Assembly: GCA_963781115.1 (NCBI GenBank)
Contig: CAWADV010000006.1
Location: 48,864-112,863 of the forward strand
Direction: 5' to 3'
Source: an uncultured Actinomycetota bacterium
GTDB lineage: Bacteria > Actinomycetota > Actinomycetes > Actinomycetales > Dermatophilaceae
Length of the DNA stretch: 64,000 nucleotides
The notes beneath the pieces are model-generated. The model did not search any database, was not told where the DNA came from, and worked only from the letters and a program-made list of their open reading frames with translations. Positions 1 through 9,534 of the stretch are shown here, in pieces. The position numbers and the translations under genes were made by a program. Numbering within the stretch: position 1 is the first letter of the stretch; each line of letters begins with the position of its first letter.

Positions 1-1532
1 ACAGGGTCCACGGGAAGGCCGCCGGAGCGGCGAACGCCAGCCCGGTCTGCTGAGCCGCGGCCCAGAAGGCCAGCGCCTCACGGGCCCCCGAGTCCGGCGA
101 GGCCACGACGAGCGCCTCGTCACCGGTCAGCGGCAGACCCGCCTCGCGCAGCGTCCGCGCGGCCCAGGCGGCCACCGTGTCGGCGGTCGCGGTCAGCGGC
201 GGGCTGACCCACTCCAGCTCGGTCACCTCAGCGGCTGCCGGGGACGCTGCCGGGGAGGCTGCCGGGGCGGCTGTCGGGCCGTCTGCCGCCGGCCAGTGCC
301 CGCCCTCGGCGTCGGACCGCCCGAGCAGCAGCGCAGAGTTGAGCCCGCCAAAGGCGAACCCGTTGCTGAGCACCCACTGCGCCTCCGGAGCCGGTCGCGC
401 CGCCAGCACGACATCGAGCCCGAGCGCCGCATCGACCTCGCCGACACCCGCGGTGGGCGGCAGCACCCTCTCCTGCAGCGCCTGGATCACGACGACCGCC
501 TCGACCGCCGTCGCCGCCCCGAGGCTGTGCCCGAGGGCACCCTTGACGCCGCTCACCGGCGGCACGGAGTCGCCGAACACCGTGTGCAGCGCCAGCGCCT
601 CGGCCGCGTCCGAGCGCGGAGTGCCGGTGCCATGCGGGCTGACCCAGCCGACACGGTCCGGCGTGAGGCCCGCGGCCGCGATCCCGGCGCGCATCGCCGC
701 CGCCGCCATCGAGCCGTCCTCCCGTGGCGCCGTCGGGTGGTGTGCGTCCGCGCTCAGCCCCAGGCCGCCGACCAGGGCACGCACCGGCCGGGCCGCCGTC
801 GAGCGCGTCCTCCTCACGGCACAGGACGACGAACGCCGCGGCCTCACCCAGCGTCATCCCCCGCCGACCCGCCCCGAACGGCGCACAGCCCTGGGGCGCC
901 ATCGCCCGCATCCGCGCGAACCCGACCATCGCGATCCGGCTGAACGGCTCGACACCCCCGGCCAGCGCAAAGTCCAGCTCCCCTGACGCGACCGCCGCAG
1001 CAGCCGCGCCGATCGCATAGTTCCCCGCCGCGCAGGCCGTGCCATAGGTCGCTCGCCGACCGGTGAGACCCCACCGCCCCGCGACGGCCTCGGCGAACAC
1101 CTGCCCGCCCCCCTCGGCCAGGTCGAACACGCCGTCCGACCACGCGGCCTCATAGACCGCCGACTCGCCCATGGTGGTGCCCACGAAGCAGCCCACCCGC
1201 GTCGGGTCGACGCCGTCGGCCAGCGTGTGGCCGTGCAGGGTCTCGCCGCGCAGGGTCTCACCGCGCAGGGTCTCACCGTCCAGCAGCCCGGCCTGCCGCA
1301 ACGCCTCCTGCGCCGCGACCAGCCCCAGTGCCCTCCCGCGCTGCCGCGGGTCAGATGGAGCCCAGCCGCCGTCCTCGACGCGGCAGGCGACGTCGAGCGG
1401 GTGGCCCTCGGTGCGCAGGTCGGGCCAGGCGCGCACCGCCGAGGCTCCTGACACCAGTGCCGCCCAGGTGCTGGCCACATCGCCGCCCAGCGCGCTGACC
1501 AGCCCGGTCCCGATGACGGCCACCCGGGTCAC
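1..1532 (-). CDS. beta-ketoacyl-ACP synthase (FabF-like) with fused C-terminal degenerate KS/chain-length-factor-like domain; frameshift ~790; runs off left edge
   Basis: N-term MTRVAVIGTGLVSALG and active-site TACAAG. After a 1-nt shift near 790 the frame gives DAHHPTAP, HGTGT, KGALGHSLGA and SNGFAFGGLNS, then continues without a stop through a PAAS linker into EALAFWAAAQQTGLAFAAPAAFPWTL at the window edge. Confidence 0.85.
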
Positions 1533-2514
1533 GAGGCGACCTCCTCCCGGCGCGGCAGGCCGAAGGCCGGCCCGTCCACCAGGGGTGCCGTCGGGTCGCC
1601 GGTCAGCCGGTAGTAGGCGGCGTGCGGGTCGTGTGGTGCCACGGCCACGACCAGGTCGCCGATGGTGGCGGCGGTCGGCAGCGCCCGGGTGATCCGCAGC
1701 GCCCAGCGGGCGTTCGCCGTATGCAGCGTGGGCCCGACCGCCCCGAGCGCCGCGGCGGCGACGCCGAGCAGCGGCATCGCCTCGGCGAACGACAGGCCGG
1801 TCCGCTGGCGGCTGGCGGTCCGGCAGGTCAACGACACGATCGCGCCGGCGGGTGCGCCCGGCCCTGGGGTCAGGTGGTGCGCGCGCAGACCCGCATAGCC
1901 GACCCAGCCCACCGGCCGGCCGTGCCCGACATAGACGCCCACGGCGGGCCCGCTGGCCAGCAGGTCGGCGAGGTCCTCGCGGGTCAGGTCGTACGCCGTC
2001 GCGCGCAGCGTGGGCTGGCCCATCGAGCGGCTGAGCCCGACGATCCGCTCGGCGAGGTCGTCATAGCGCGGATGCCGCTCACCGAGCACCGTCAACGTGC
2101 GCGAGGGTGCGGTATGGCGGTCCGCTGCGGCCGAGCCGCCCGCCGGTGCACGGCGGCCGCAGCCTCGGCGAACCGGCCCAGGGCTTCAGCACCGGTGTCG
2201 GGCAGGAACGCGACCGGCACCGTCCGCCCGTCCAGTGCGGTCACCACCGGGCCCGGGAGCACGGTGTGTGGCGACCGGCGCCGGGGTGCGACCACGAGCA
2301 GGGCGTCGGCGTCCGCCGCGAGCTCGGCGAGCCGCGCGACAGCGGCGCGGTCCGGCCCTCCGCCGGGGCTGCCGGCGCAGGGTCGGTCCACCCCGCTGTG
2401 CTGCCAGGGGAGCACGCGCACCGAGCCGCGCGCGCGCCATACCGACAGCAACGGGAGGAGGGCCTGCGTGGCCGGCGCGTCAGCCACCACGCAGACCCTC
2501 GTCGGGGGGAGCAC
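1529..2514 (-). CDS. peptidase C25 (gingipain)/caspase-fold cysteine protease-like protein; frameshift ~2095
   Basis: ORFs 2092..2514 and 1529..2095 join. Motifs VYVGHG..W (His), IVSLTC (Cys), SFAE and YRLTGDP match the C25 catalytic domain. No signal peptide; overlaps the KS start codon. Confidence 0.7.
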
Positions 2515-2517
2515 CGC

Positions 2518-5421
2518 TCAGGCCGCCCGGACCAGGTCGACGTAGGGCCGCCACGCGGTGGCGTCCAGAGCCGGAGTGGCCAGGAAGGTCCGGGCATACC
2601 AGTGCATGATGATCTGCGCCTGCATCTCGGGGTTGAAGGTGTCCCAGTTGGAGGCGTCGGCGACCAGGTCGTCGGCTCCGTCCTCGCCGGTGAACTGGCC
2701 GACCGGCCCGGACTCCGTCGCGGTGCCGAAGTCCTTCTTCAGGCTGATCGTCGGGCTGTCGGTGTCGTTGTAGCCGTAGTTGTAGCCGCTGGTCCCGACA
2801 CCTGCTCCGGTCGCCTGGGCGAACACGGCGTCAGCCAGGTAGGCCGAGCCGTTGTGCTGGTACTGCCAGACGTGGGTCAGCTCGTGGATCATCGTGCGCC
2901 GGCCCAGACCGCCCTCGTCGACGTCGAAGTTGACCAGCGAGTTGGTCACGAAGGCCCGGGACGCCTCGTTGCCGGAGAAGAAGTCCTGCACCGCGAAGAT
3001 GATGTCGTTGACCGGGTCGTCGACCGCGAAGTAGATGTGGTCGTAGTCCAGCGAGTCCTCGAACACCAGCCTGGCCTCGGCGATCTCCTGTGCGGTCATC
3101 GCGCGGTATCCGGCCAGCCCGCTGAGCAGGATGCTCACGGCCGCTCCGAGCGCAGCACCAGCCGCGCTGAGTGCCGCCTGCAGGATCGCCGCCATGCTCT
3201 GCCCGACCGCCTTGGCCGAGCGGATGAACGCCTCCCACGCGGTCTCGCCGAGGGTCCAGACGTTGTCGGCGATCTCGCCCAGGGTCTTGCCGATGGCGTC
3301 CAGCGCCTTGAGCAGGTTGTCCAGCCCCTGGCCGGGGTTGGCCAGCGTCGCGGCGGCGAGCTGGGCGATCGTCTTGCCCAGCGCGAGCAGTGACTTGACC
3401 GACTCGGTGAGCACCTGCAGCGAACGGTCCAGCGCCCAGGCGAGCACCTCGACCAGCTGCTTGCCGGCGTCGAGCGCACCCTTGATCGCTGCCCCGAGCG
3501 CCGGAAGGGCGTCCTTGGCGATGTAGGACAGGACGTACTCGATGCTGTTGCCGACGCGGACGGTGGCCTCGGCCAGCAGCTCGATCGCCGCGTTGCCCAG
3601 CGCCTGCGCCCACTCGATCGCCGTGGAGATCGCCTCGCCGGCGGCCTCGATGGTCAGCAGGATCGAGTCGAACATCGCCGCCCCCTGGGCACGGGCCCAG
3701 TCCAGGATCTCGGTGACGCTCTTCTTGACGAAGCGCACCGCGAGGACGGCCTGCCGCCACATCTCGCTGGCGAGTGCCTCGCCCCGCTGGATCAGCCACT
3801 CGAAGACGTCGCCGACCGGGCCCAGGGCCTGCAGCACGCCGGTGACCAGCTTGCGCAGGACGAAGTAGCCGGAGGTGACGACCGCTTCGAGCAGGTCGGC
3901 CACCGCCGCCCCGGCCTGCAGCGCCGCGTGCACGAACCGGGCCGCGACCCGGTAGGTGAACTCGACCATCGACTTGGCGAACTCGGCGACCGTCTTGCCG
4001 AGCTCGAAGGCCGCCTTGAGGACATCGCGCAGGATGCCGAAGGCGATGTTGGTCAGGTCCCTGATCACGGTGATCAGCGACTTGCCCAGGTCGAAGAGGA
4101 CCTGCACGACGTTCTTGACCGCGTTGAAGCCGGCGGCCGCGATGTTGTTGAACAGGTCGACGAAGGTCTTGCCGGCGGACAGGATGCCCTGGACGATGGC
4201 GCGGCCGATGTCGGCGGCGACCGAGGCGGCGTGCGCCAGCAGGTCGGCGAGCGACTCGCCGATCTGGGCCAGCGCCTGGGCCACCCGCTGCACGAAGGCG
4301 GCGCCCGCCGCGATGGTCGAGTTGACGATGTCGGTCAGCGTGCGGCCGAGGTCGCTGAACGAGCGGACCACCTGGGTCAGCAGGTCCTGCGGGCGGGTCA
4401 GCAGGGTCAGCATGATCTCGCCCATCGCCTTGCCCATCGCCACGAGCGCGCGCACGACATTGTCGACCAGGGTGAGGCCGACCAGGATCGCCTGCTCGAG
4501 GATGTTGCCGATCGTCTTGCCGATCGTGATCAGCGCCTCGACCGCCTTGCGGACCAGGGACACGGTGGCGTTGGCGATCGTCTGGAGCAGCTGGACGAGC
4601 GTGCGTCCGAGCTGGTCGATGGCGCGGAAGACGTCGACGATGACGCTCTGCGCCAGCTCGAGGGCAGCCATCACGATGTTCTTCATCGCGATGCCGATCT
4701 GCTCCAGGCCTTGCAGCATCTTGCGGAGCACGGCCAGGCCGGCCGTGGCCAGCTTGTCGACGAGGGCGACCAGGCTGCTCGCGGCCTGGTAGAGGGCGAA
4801 GGCCAGGTTCTTGACCTCCTCGATCGCCCAGTTCACGACGTCGGAGATGGCGTCGACGAACGCCTGGCCGATGGTGTTGAGGGCGCCGACGACGGCGTTG
4901 ACCGCGTCGGAGAGGGCATCGCCGATGTCGTCGATGAGGTCGCCGATCGGGTCGTCGAAGTCCGGCTCGGGCAGGCCGGCGGCTCGGGCGCGCATGACCC
5001 CTCCGGCGTCGCGCAGCCACGCCCCGACCTCCTTGGCCGCGGCCTTGTCCACGTTGCCGTCCGGCTTGGTGACCAGGGACTCCATCAGGGCGTGGCCCTG
5101 GACGCGCGGCAGCAGCGAGATGGCCTGCACGACGCCGCGGCCCTGGCCCTCCTGGCGGTAGCCCTTGATCAGCGCCCGGCGGTGGGTGTCGTCCATCGCG
5201 GCGACCGACTGGAACAGCTGGCGGTGGTCGTCCTGGGTCTCCAGCGTCGCGGCATACCCCCGGGCCAGCGCGACGGCCCGGTTGGGGCTGCGGTCGAAGG
5301 CCGCGGTGAAGGCCGGGGCCACCTCGACGGCGACGAACTCGGTCTTCTTCAGCTCCGAGCGGAGCGTCTTGAGGTCGGCGATCGGGATGGTCTCGGTGGC
5401 GGCGGTGATGCGGTTGCTCAT
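2518..5421 (-). CDS. large helical-repeat protein (~20 x 29 aa) with C-terminal HExxH metallopeptidase-like (DUF4157/eCIS-core-like) domain
   Basis: Start MSNRITAAT at 5421 with GGAG upstream; repeats begin (L/I/A)G(K/R)(T/S); C-terminal MIHELTHVWQYQ, YNYG and FNPEMQAQI. Confidence 0.8.
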   Translation of the reverse strand: MSNRITAATETIPIADLKTLRSELKKTEFVAVEVAPAFTAAFDRSPNRAVALARGYAATLETQDDHRQLFQSVAAMDDTHRRALIKGYRQEGQGRGVVQAISLLPRVQGHALMESLVTKPDGNVDKAAAKEVGAWLRDAGGVMRARAAGLPEPDFDDPIGDLIDDIGDALSDAVNAVVGALNTIGQAFVDAISDVVNWAIEEVKNLAFALYQAASSLVALVDKLATAGLAVLRKMLQGLEQIGIAMKNIVMAALELAQSVIVDVFRAIDQLGRTLVQLLQTIANATVSLVRKAVEALITIGKTIGNILEQAILVGLTLVDNVVRALVAMGKAMGEIMLTLLTRPQDLLTQVVRSFSDLGRTLTDIVNSTIAAGAAFVQRVAQALAQIGESLADLLAHAASVAADIGRAIVQGILSAGKTFVDLFNNIAAAGFNAVKNVVQVLFDLGKSLITVIRDLTNIAFGILRDVLKAAFELGKTVAEFAKSMVEFTYRVAARFVHAALQAGAAVADLLEAVVTSGYFVLRKLVTGVLQALGPVGDVFEWLIQRGEALASEMWRQAVLAVRFVKKSVTEILDWARAQGAAMFDSILLTIEAAGEAISTAIEWAQALGNAAIELLAEATVRVGNSIEYVLSYIAKDALPALGAAIKGALDAGKQLVEVLAWALDRSLQVLTESVKSLLALGKTIAQLAAATLANPGQGLDNLLKALDAIGKTLGEIADNVWTLGETAWEAFIRSAKAVGQSMAAILQAALSAAGAALGAAVSILLSGLAGYRAMTAQEIAEARLVFEDSLDYDHIYFAVDDPVNDIIFAVQDFFSGNEASRAFVTNSLVNFDVDEGGLGRRTMIHELTHVWQYQHNGSAYLADAVFAQATGAGVGTSGYNYGYNDTDSPTISLKKDFGTATESGPVGQFTGEDGADDLVADASNWDTFNPEMQAQIIMHWYARTFLATPALDATAWRPYVDLVRAA

Positions 5422-5495
5422 CGTGTCTCCTGGTGGGCGTGCCCGGCTCGGGCGGATGGCTGGTGTGCGCGGTGGATCTGGCAACGGGGGCCGCC

Positions 5496-5744
5496 TCAGA
5501 CGGCGACGAGGCTCTCCTGCAGGTAGTCGACGACCAGGTCGACCGAACGCAGCCGGTCGTAGTCGCGGTCGTCGACGGCGATGCCGAAGCGGAACTCCAG
5601 CCGCGCGACGAACTCCAGGACCGTCAGGCTGTCCAGGTCGAGGTCGTACTTGAACTCCGCCGAGCCGTCGACGCCCTCGGGCAGCTGCGGTGCAGCGGCC
5701 TTGAGCTCGTCGCGGACGATCTGGGTGACGGTGTTGCGGTCCAT
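5496..5744 (-). CDS. acyl carrier protein
   Basis: 82-aa acidic protein with DLDLDSL phosphopantetheine Ser motif and LEFRFGIAV. Confidence 0.9.
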   Translation of the reverse strand: MDRNTVTQIVRDELKAAAPQLPEGVDGSAEFKYDLDLDSLTVLEFVARLEFRFGIAVDDRDYDRLRSVDLVVDYLQESLVAV

Positions 5745-5866
5745 CGAGGTCTCCAGTGGCTCGGCGCGGGCGCGACCGGATGGGGCCGCTGTCAGATCAG
5801 GAGCCGGCCGGGGGTCTGGTGATACACGCGGGGTCCCGTCGTCTGCGACATACCGCGGGGCCTGTG

Positions 5867-5898
5867 CACTCACCGCGGGAGATCGCCCGCGGTGAGTG
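5867..5898. promoter_or_regulatory. perfect 13-bp inverted repeat upstream of the ACP operon
   Basis: cactcaccgcggg-agatcg-cccgcggtgagtg in a divergent intergenic region. Confidence 0.45.
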
Positions 5899-5980
5899 AC
5901 GATGTAGGCGTGGAGTGGCGGGCCGAGCTGTCACGTATGCCGTGGGGCCGGCTCCGTCACCGGGTCCCGCACATTTCTGG

Positions 5981-6009
5981 TTGACAGGATCCTTGGCTGC
6001 TCCCACGAT
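5981..6009 (+). promoter_or_regulatory. sigma70/HrdB-type promoter
   Basis: TTGACA-N17-CACGAT, ~55 bp upstream of ATG 6064. Confidence 0.65.
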
Positions 6010-6063
6010 GTGCCGATCGGCGACGCCGAGTCGGGGGTTCCGCACACCGTGAAAGGACGCACT

Positions 6064-6511
6064 ATGGCTGGGCACAAGACGATGACGCGCGCACGCGCCA
6101 TTGCCGGCACCACCGCTGCACTGGTCCTCGCCGGGGCCGCCAGCGCCTCGGCGCACCACTGTTACAAGGAGTGGTGGGCCGACGCGGCCTACCAGCACCA
6201 CCTCGCCGGAGGGACCGCCTGGGTCCCGCTGAGCGACCTCGGCACGATGTTCATCATCGGCCCGGAGTATGCCGAGGAGTGCGGCTATGTCGCCGACGAC
6301 GCCGTCAAGGCGTGGATGGTGGACAACGGGCTCACCCAGGAGCCGCTGATCCACAGCAAGGCGACGGTCGGCAGCGGGTCGTTCTACAAGAAGGGCAAGG
6401 AGCCCAAGCCGTTCAGCTATCTCAGTGAGGACGACTTCGGTTGCGCTGACGATGGGCATCATCGCCGGCATGGAGGCGTGCGCCCCGGACTGGGAGCCGC
6501 CGGAGGAGTGA
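6064..6511 (+). CDS. secreted hypothetical protein (frameshift ~6440)
   Basis: AAGGA RBS; signal peptide ending ASASA|HHCYK; shifted C-terminus ALTMGIIAGMEACAPDWEPPEE*. Confidence 0.65.
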
Positions 6512-6536
6512 CCTGCGCCTAGGGCAGTCCTGCGGT

Positions 6537-6582
6537 TGTGTCCTGCACTCACAGCGCTCCAGCGCCGTGGGTGCAGGACACA
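6537..6582. terminator. long hairpin between convergent genes
   Basis: tgtgtcctgcactcac...gtgggtgcaggacaca imperfect inverted repeat. Confidence 0.55.
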
Positions 6583-6628
6583 GTCCGTCGGCAGGTCGGC
6601 GTGAGGAGCAGCCGCCCGAGCGACGGGG

Positions 6629-7819
6629 TCAGCCAACCGCCTCCGCCGGGCGGATGACCGGAACAGCCCCGCGCGGAGGGGCTGCCGCCGTCGATCCCGA
6701 GGCGCCCAACGCATGCTCGGCCTGCAGCGGCGCCAGTGCGCTCAGCGAGCTGGCGACCACGACGACGTAGTCCCCCTGCTCGATCCGGAAGCCGTGCGGA
6801 GGGTTGGTGTGGCTGACGCCGTCCCGAGCGACCGCGACCATCGTGGCGCTGTGCTCGGCGCGCAGCCTGCCGCTGATCTCCTCGACGGACAGGCCCGCCC
6901 AGTCCGCCGGCAGCAACACCCGGTAGAGCTCGGAGCCGGCCCCGCCGGAGACGATGTCGGTGATCAGCGAGGCCAGCCCCGGATAGAGCGCCGACCGGGC
7001 CAGCAGCCGGGAGGCCAGCCGTGGGGTCACCAGGATCTCGTCGGCCCGGGCCCGCTCGAAGTGCTCGACGTGCTTGGGGTTGTTGACCTCCACCACCGTG
7101 CGCACGGCCGGCGCGATGGTCTCGATCGCCAGCACGGTCAGGATCGAGCGCATGTCGGCCTCGTCGGAGGCGTTCGACGGGCAGACGATCGCCGCCACCG
7201 CGTCCTGGATGCCGGCCCGGCCGAGGTCCTCGGCGCTGGTGGCGTCGCCGCGGATGAAGTAGGTGCCCGCCCCGGCCGGGTTGCGCTCGGTGTCGTGCAG
7301 CACGACGACCTGGGCGGTGAACTCATCGCCCTTGAGCTCCTCGATCAGCTCTCGGGCGGTGGAGTTCCACCCGCAGACCACGATGTGCTCGGAGTATCCG
7401 GCGGCACCCATGCCTTGTCCTTCCTTGAGGATGAAGTCGATGACGAACCCGGCAGCCGCCGCCGTCAGGGCCGCCACGATGGCGACGCCGACGAACGCCA
7501 GGCCCCACCCCACGACATACCCGCCCGGCCCTTGGACGAAGCTCGCGTCGCCGGAGCCGATCACGGTCGTCACAGCCCAGTAGGCGGACTGGCCGAACCC
7601 CTCCAGGCTGCGCCGCTGGGGGTCCATCAGGACGACCAGCAGCGTGGCGATGACGACCACGACGGTCAGCGCGATCATCAGCGCACGGAAGAAGTGCAGG
7701 TCGAGCTCGGTGCGGATCCGTCTGGCGTGGAACCCGATGCGGCGGAACAGCGGCACGGCCAGCAACGGCCGGAGCGGGCGCAACGGCGCAGCCACCACCG
7801 AGCGCACGTGTGGGCGCAT
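6629..7819 (-). CDS. two-TM ion channel with TrkA-N/TrkA-C (RCK) domains
   Basis: TM–pore–TM (YWAVTTVIGSGD), then HIVVCGW, RGDAT and RCK C-lobe. Confidence 0.85.
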   Translation of the reverse strand: MRPHVRSVVAAPLRPLRPLLAVPLFRRIGFHARRIRTELDLHFFRALMIALTVVVVIATLLVVLMDPQRRSLEGFGQSAYWAVTTVIGSGDASFVQGPGGYVVGWGLAFVGVAIVAALTAAAAGFVIDFILKEGQGMGAAGYSEHIVVCGWNSTARELIEELKGDEFTAQVVVLHDTERNPAGAGTYFIRGDATSAEDLGRAGIQDAVAAIVCPSNASDEADMRSILTVLAIETIAPAVRTVVEVNNPKHVEHFERARADEILVTPRLASRLLARSALYPGLASLITDIVSGGAGSELYRVLLPADWAGLSVEEISGRLRAEHSATMVAVARDGVSHTNPPHGFRIEQGDYVVVVASSLSALAPLQAEHALGASGSTAAAPPRGAVPVIRPAEAVG

Positions 7820-7925
7820 GTGCGCTCCTCTCGTTCCAGGGCTTCGGTCACAGGAGCCTCGAGCGGCGCTCCTGATACCGACCAGGCCCTCCGCGGGGCC
7901 ACGGCTGGCGGTTAGCCTGGTGCCG

Positions 7926-9395
7926 GTGAGTCTCCCGAGGAGTGCACCGTCCGCGCAAGGCCTCGACCCCCGCGCCGTGCTGCGGCTGCTGGACGACGTG
8001 CAGTCACGCGGGATCGAGCTGCACAGCCTGATGGTCGCCCGGCATGGTCACGTGGTCGCCGAGGGCTGGTGGCACCCCTACTCCGCCGACCAGGTGCACC
8101 TCGGCTACTCGCTCAGCAAGACGTTCACGGCCAGCGTCATCGGCATGCTCGTCGACGAGGGCAGGTGTGGTCTCGACGACCCGGTGCTCGGCCTGCTGGA
8201 GCCGGGTTCGGTCGCCGAGGCGCACCCGCGGTGGCGCGAGGTGACGGTGCGGCACGCCCTGACGATGACCGTCGGCCACGACCATGACGCGTGGAGCTGG
8301 GCTGACCGCGCTGCGACCGGCATCGTCGGCAGGGGCGAGGGAACGGCCGCTGACCCGCTGCTGGTCCGCATCCTCAGCTCGCCGCCGGACCACGCGCCGG
8401 GCAGCGGTTTCGCCTACAACCAGGTCGCGACCTACCTGCTGGCCCGCGTCATCGAGCACGTGACCGGTCGGCCGCACGCCGCCGAGGTGCACGACCGCCT
8501 GCTCGTCCCGTTCGGTGCGACCGGCCTGCGCCGGCACCTCACCCCGGCCGGGCTGGACCTGGGCTTCTCCGGCCTGCACGTGCACACCGCGGCGATCCTG
8601 GCGTTGGCGCAGACCTACCTGGACGAGGGCGTATGGCGTGGTGAGCGCCTGCTCAGCCAGGAGTGGGTGCGCCAGGCGGTGCGCCCGACCGGCATCCCGG
8701 TCTTCGGCGGCTCGTGGGACGTCGACTGGGCCCGCGGCTACGGGTTCTCGTTCTGGGTGAGCGACCACGGCGTGCGCGGCGACGGGGCGTTCGGCCAGCT
8801 GGCCATGGTGGAGCGGGAGCACGGGCTGGCCGTGGCGATGACGGGTGAGGCCGAGATCGAGGACGAGCTGCGGCTGGTCTGGGACCACCTGCTGCCCTCG
8901 CTGCAGGCGGCCACCGGGACTGCGGACCCCGGCCTGGCTGAGGTGGAGGCTGAGCTCGCCGCCCGGCTGGACGGACTGAGCATCCCGGCGCTGGGTGGTG
9001 CGGCCGACGTCGTGGCTGGTCAGAGGCGGGGCGGCGGGCGGTTTGTCCGCTCGAGCGACTCGGACCTGCCGCAGGACTATCACGCGGTGAGCATCGAGCC
9101 GGCCGGCGGCGGCCATCGCGTGGTGCTGCACCACACGTCGGGTGCCATGCGCATCGACGTGGGCCAGGGTGAGTGGGCCGCGTCGACGCTGCGCACCGAG
9201 CGCGGCGACCTGCCCGTCGTCGCCAGTGGCGGGTGGTCGAGCCCAGAGGTCTTCGAGGCCGAGGTGCGCGTCATCCAGACGCCGCACCGGATGCTGGTGC
9301 GTGCCGATCGCCCCTCCGGCGCGGTTCGGCTGACCTGGCGGATGGTGCCGCTCAACGGGGCTGACCCTGCGGCCCTGGTGTCAGCTCCGCTCTGA
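7926..9395 (+). CDS. serine hydrolase, beta-lactamase class C-like family
   Basis: SLSK (SxxK), FAYNQ, RGDGAFGQ. Confidence 0.85.
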   Translation: MSLPRSAPSAQGLDPRAVLRLLDDVQSRGIELHSLMVARHGHVVAEGWWHPYSADQVHLGYSLSKTFTASVIGMLVDEGRCGLDDPVLGLLEPGSVAEAHPRWREVTVRHALTMTVGHDHDAWSWADRAATGIVGRGEGTAADPLLVRILSSPPDHAPGSGFAYNQVATYLLARVIEHVTGRPHAAEVHDRLLVPFGATGLRRHLTPAGLDLGFSGLHVHTAAILALAQTYLDEGVWRGERLLSQEWVRQAVRPTGIPVFGGSWDVDWARGYGFSFWVSDHGVRGDGAFGQLAMVEREHGLAVAMTGEAEIEDELRLVWDHLLPSLQAATGTADPGLAEVEAELAARLDGLSIPALGGAADVVAGQRRGGGRFVRSSDSDLPQDYHAVSIEPAGGGHRVVLHHTSGAMRIDVGQGEWAASTLRTERGDLPVVASGGWSSPEVFEAEVRVIQTPHRMLVRADRPSGAVRLTWRMVPLNGADPAALVSAPL

Positions 9396-9534
9396 CCCCG
9401 CGGCCCTGGCGCTCTGTCGCCCTAGTGCTCTGTCGCTCGGCCGCTCTGCCGCTCTGGTTCTCGCCGCCCTGGCACTCTGCCGCCCCGGCGCTCTGCGCCC
9501 TGCCGCCCTGGCCCGGCCGTCCCGAGGCCGCCCC

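Noticed and set aside
1235-1280. 15-bp repeat (GETLR x2, GETLH) inside the KS gene
   Set aside because: In-frame slippage expansion in a probable surface loop.
2518-5421. Phage tape-measure protein / prophage
   Set aside because: No phage structural genes nearby; the regular 29-aa repeat and the ACP/KS context do not fit.
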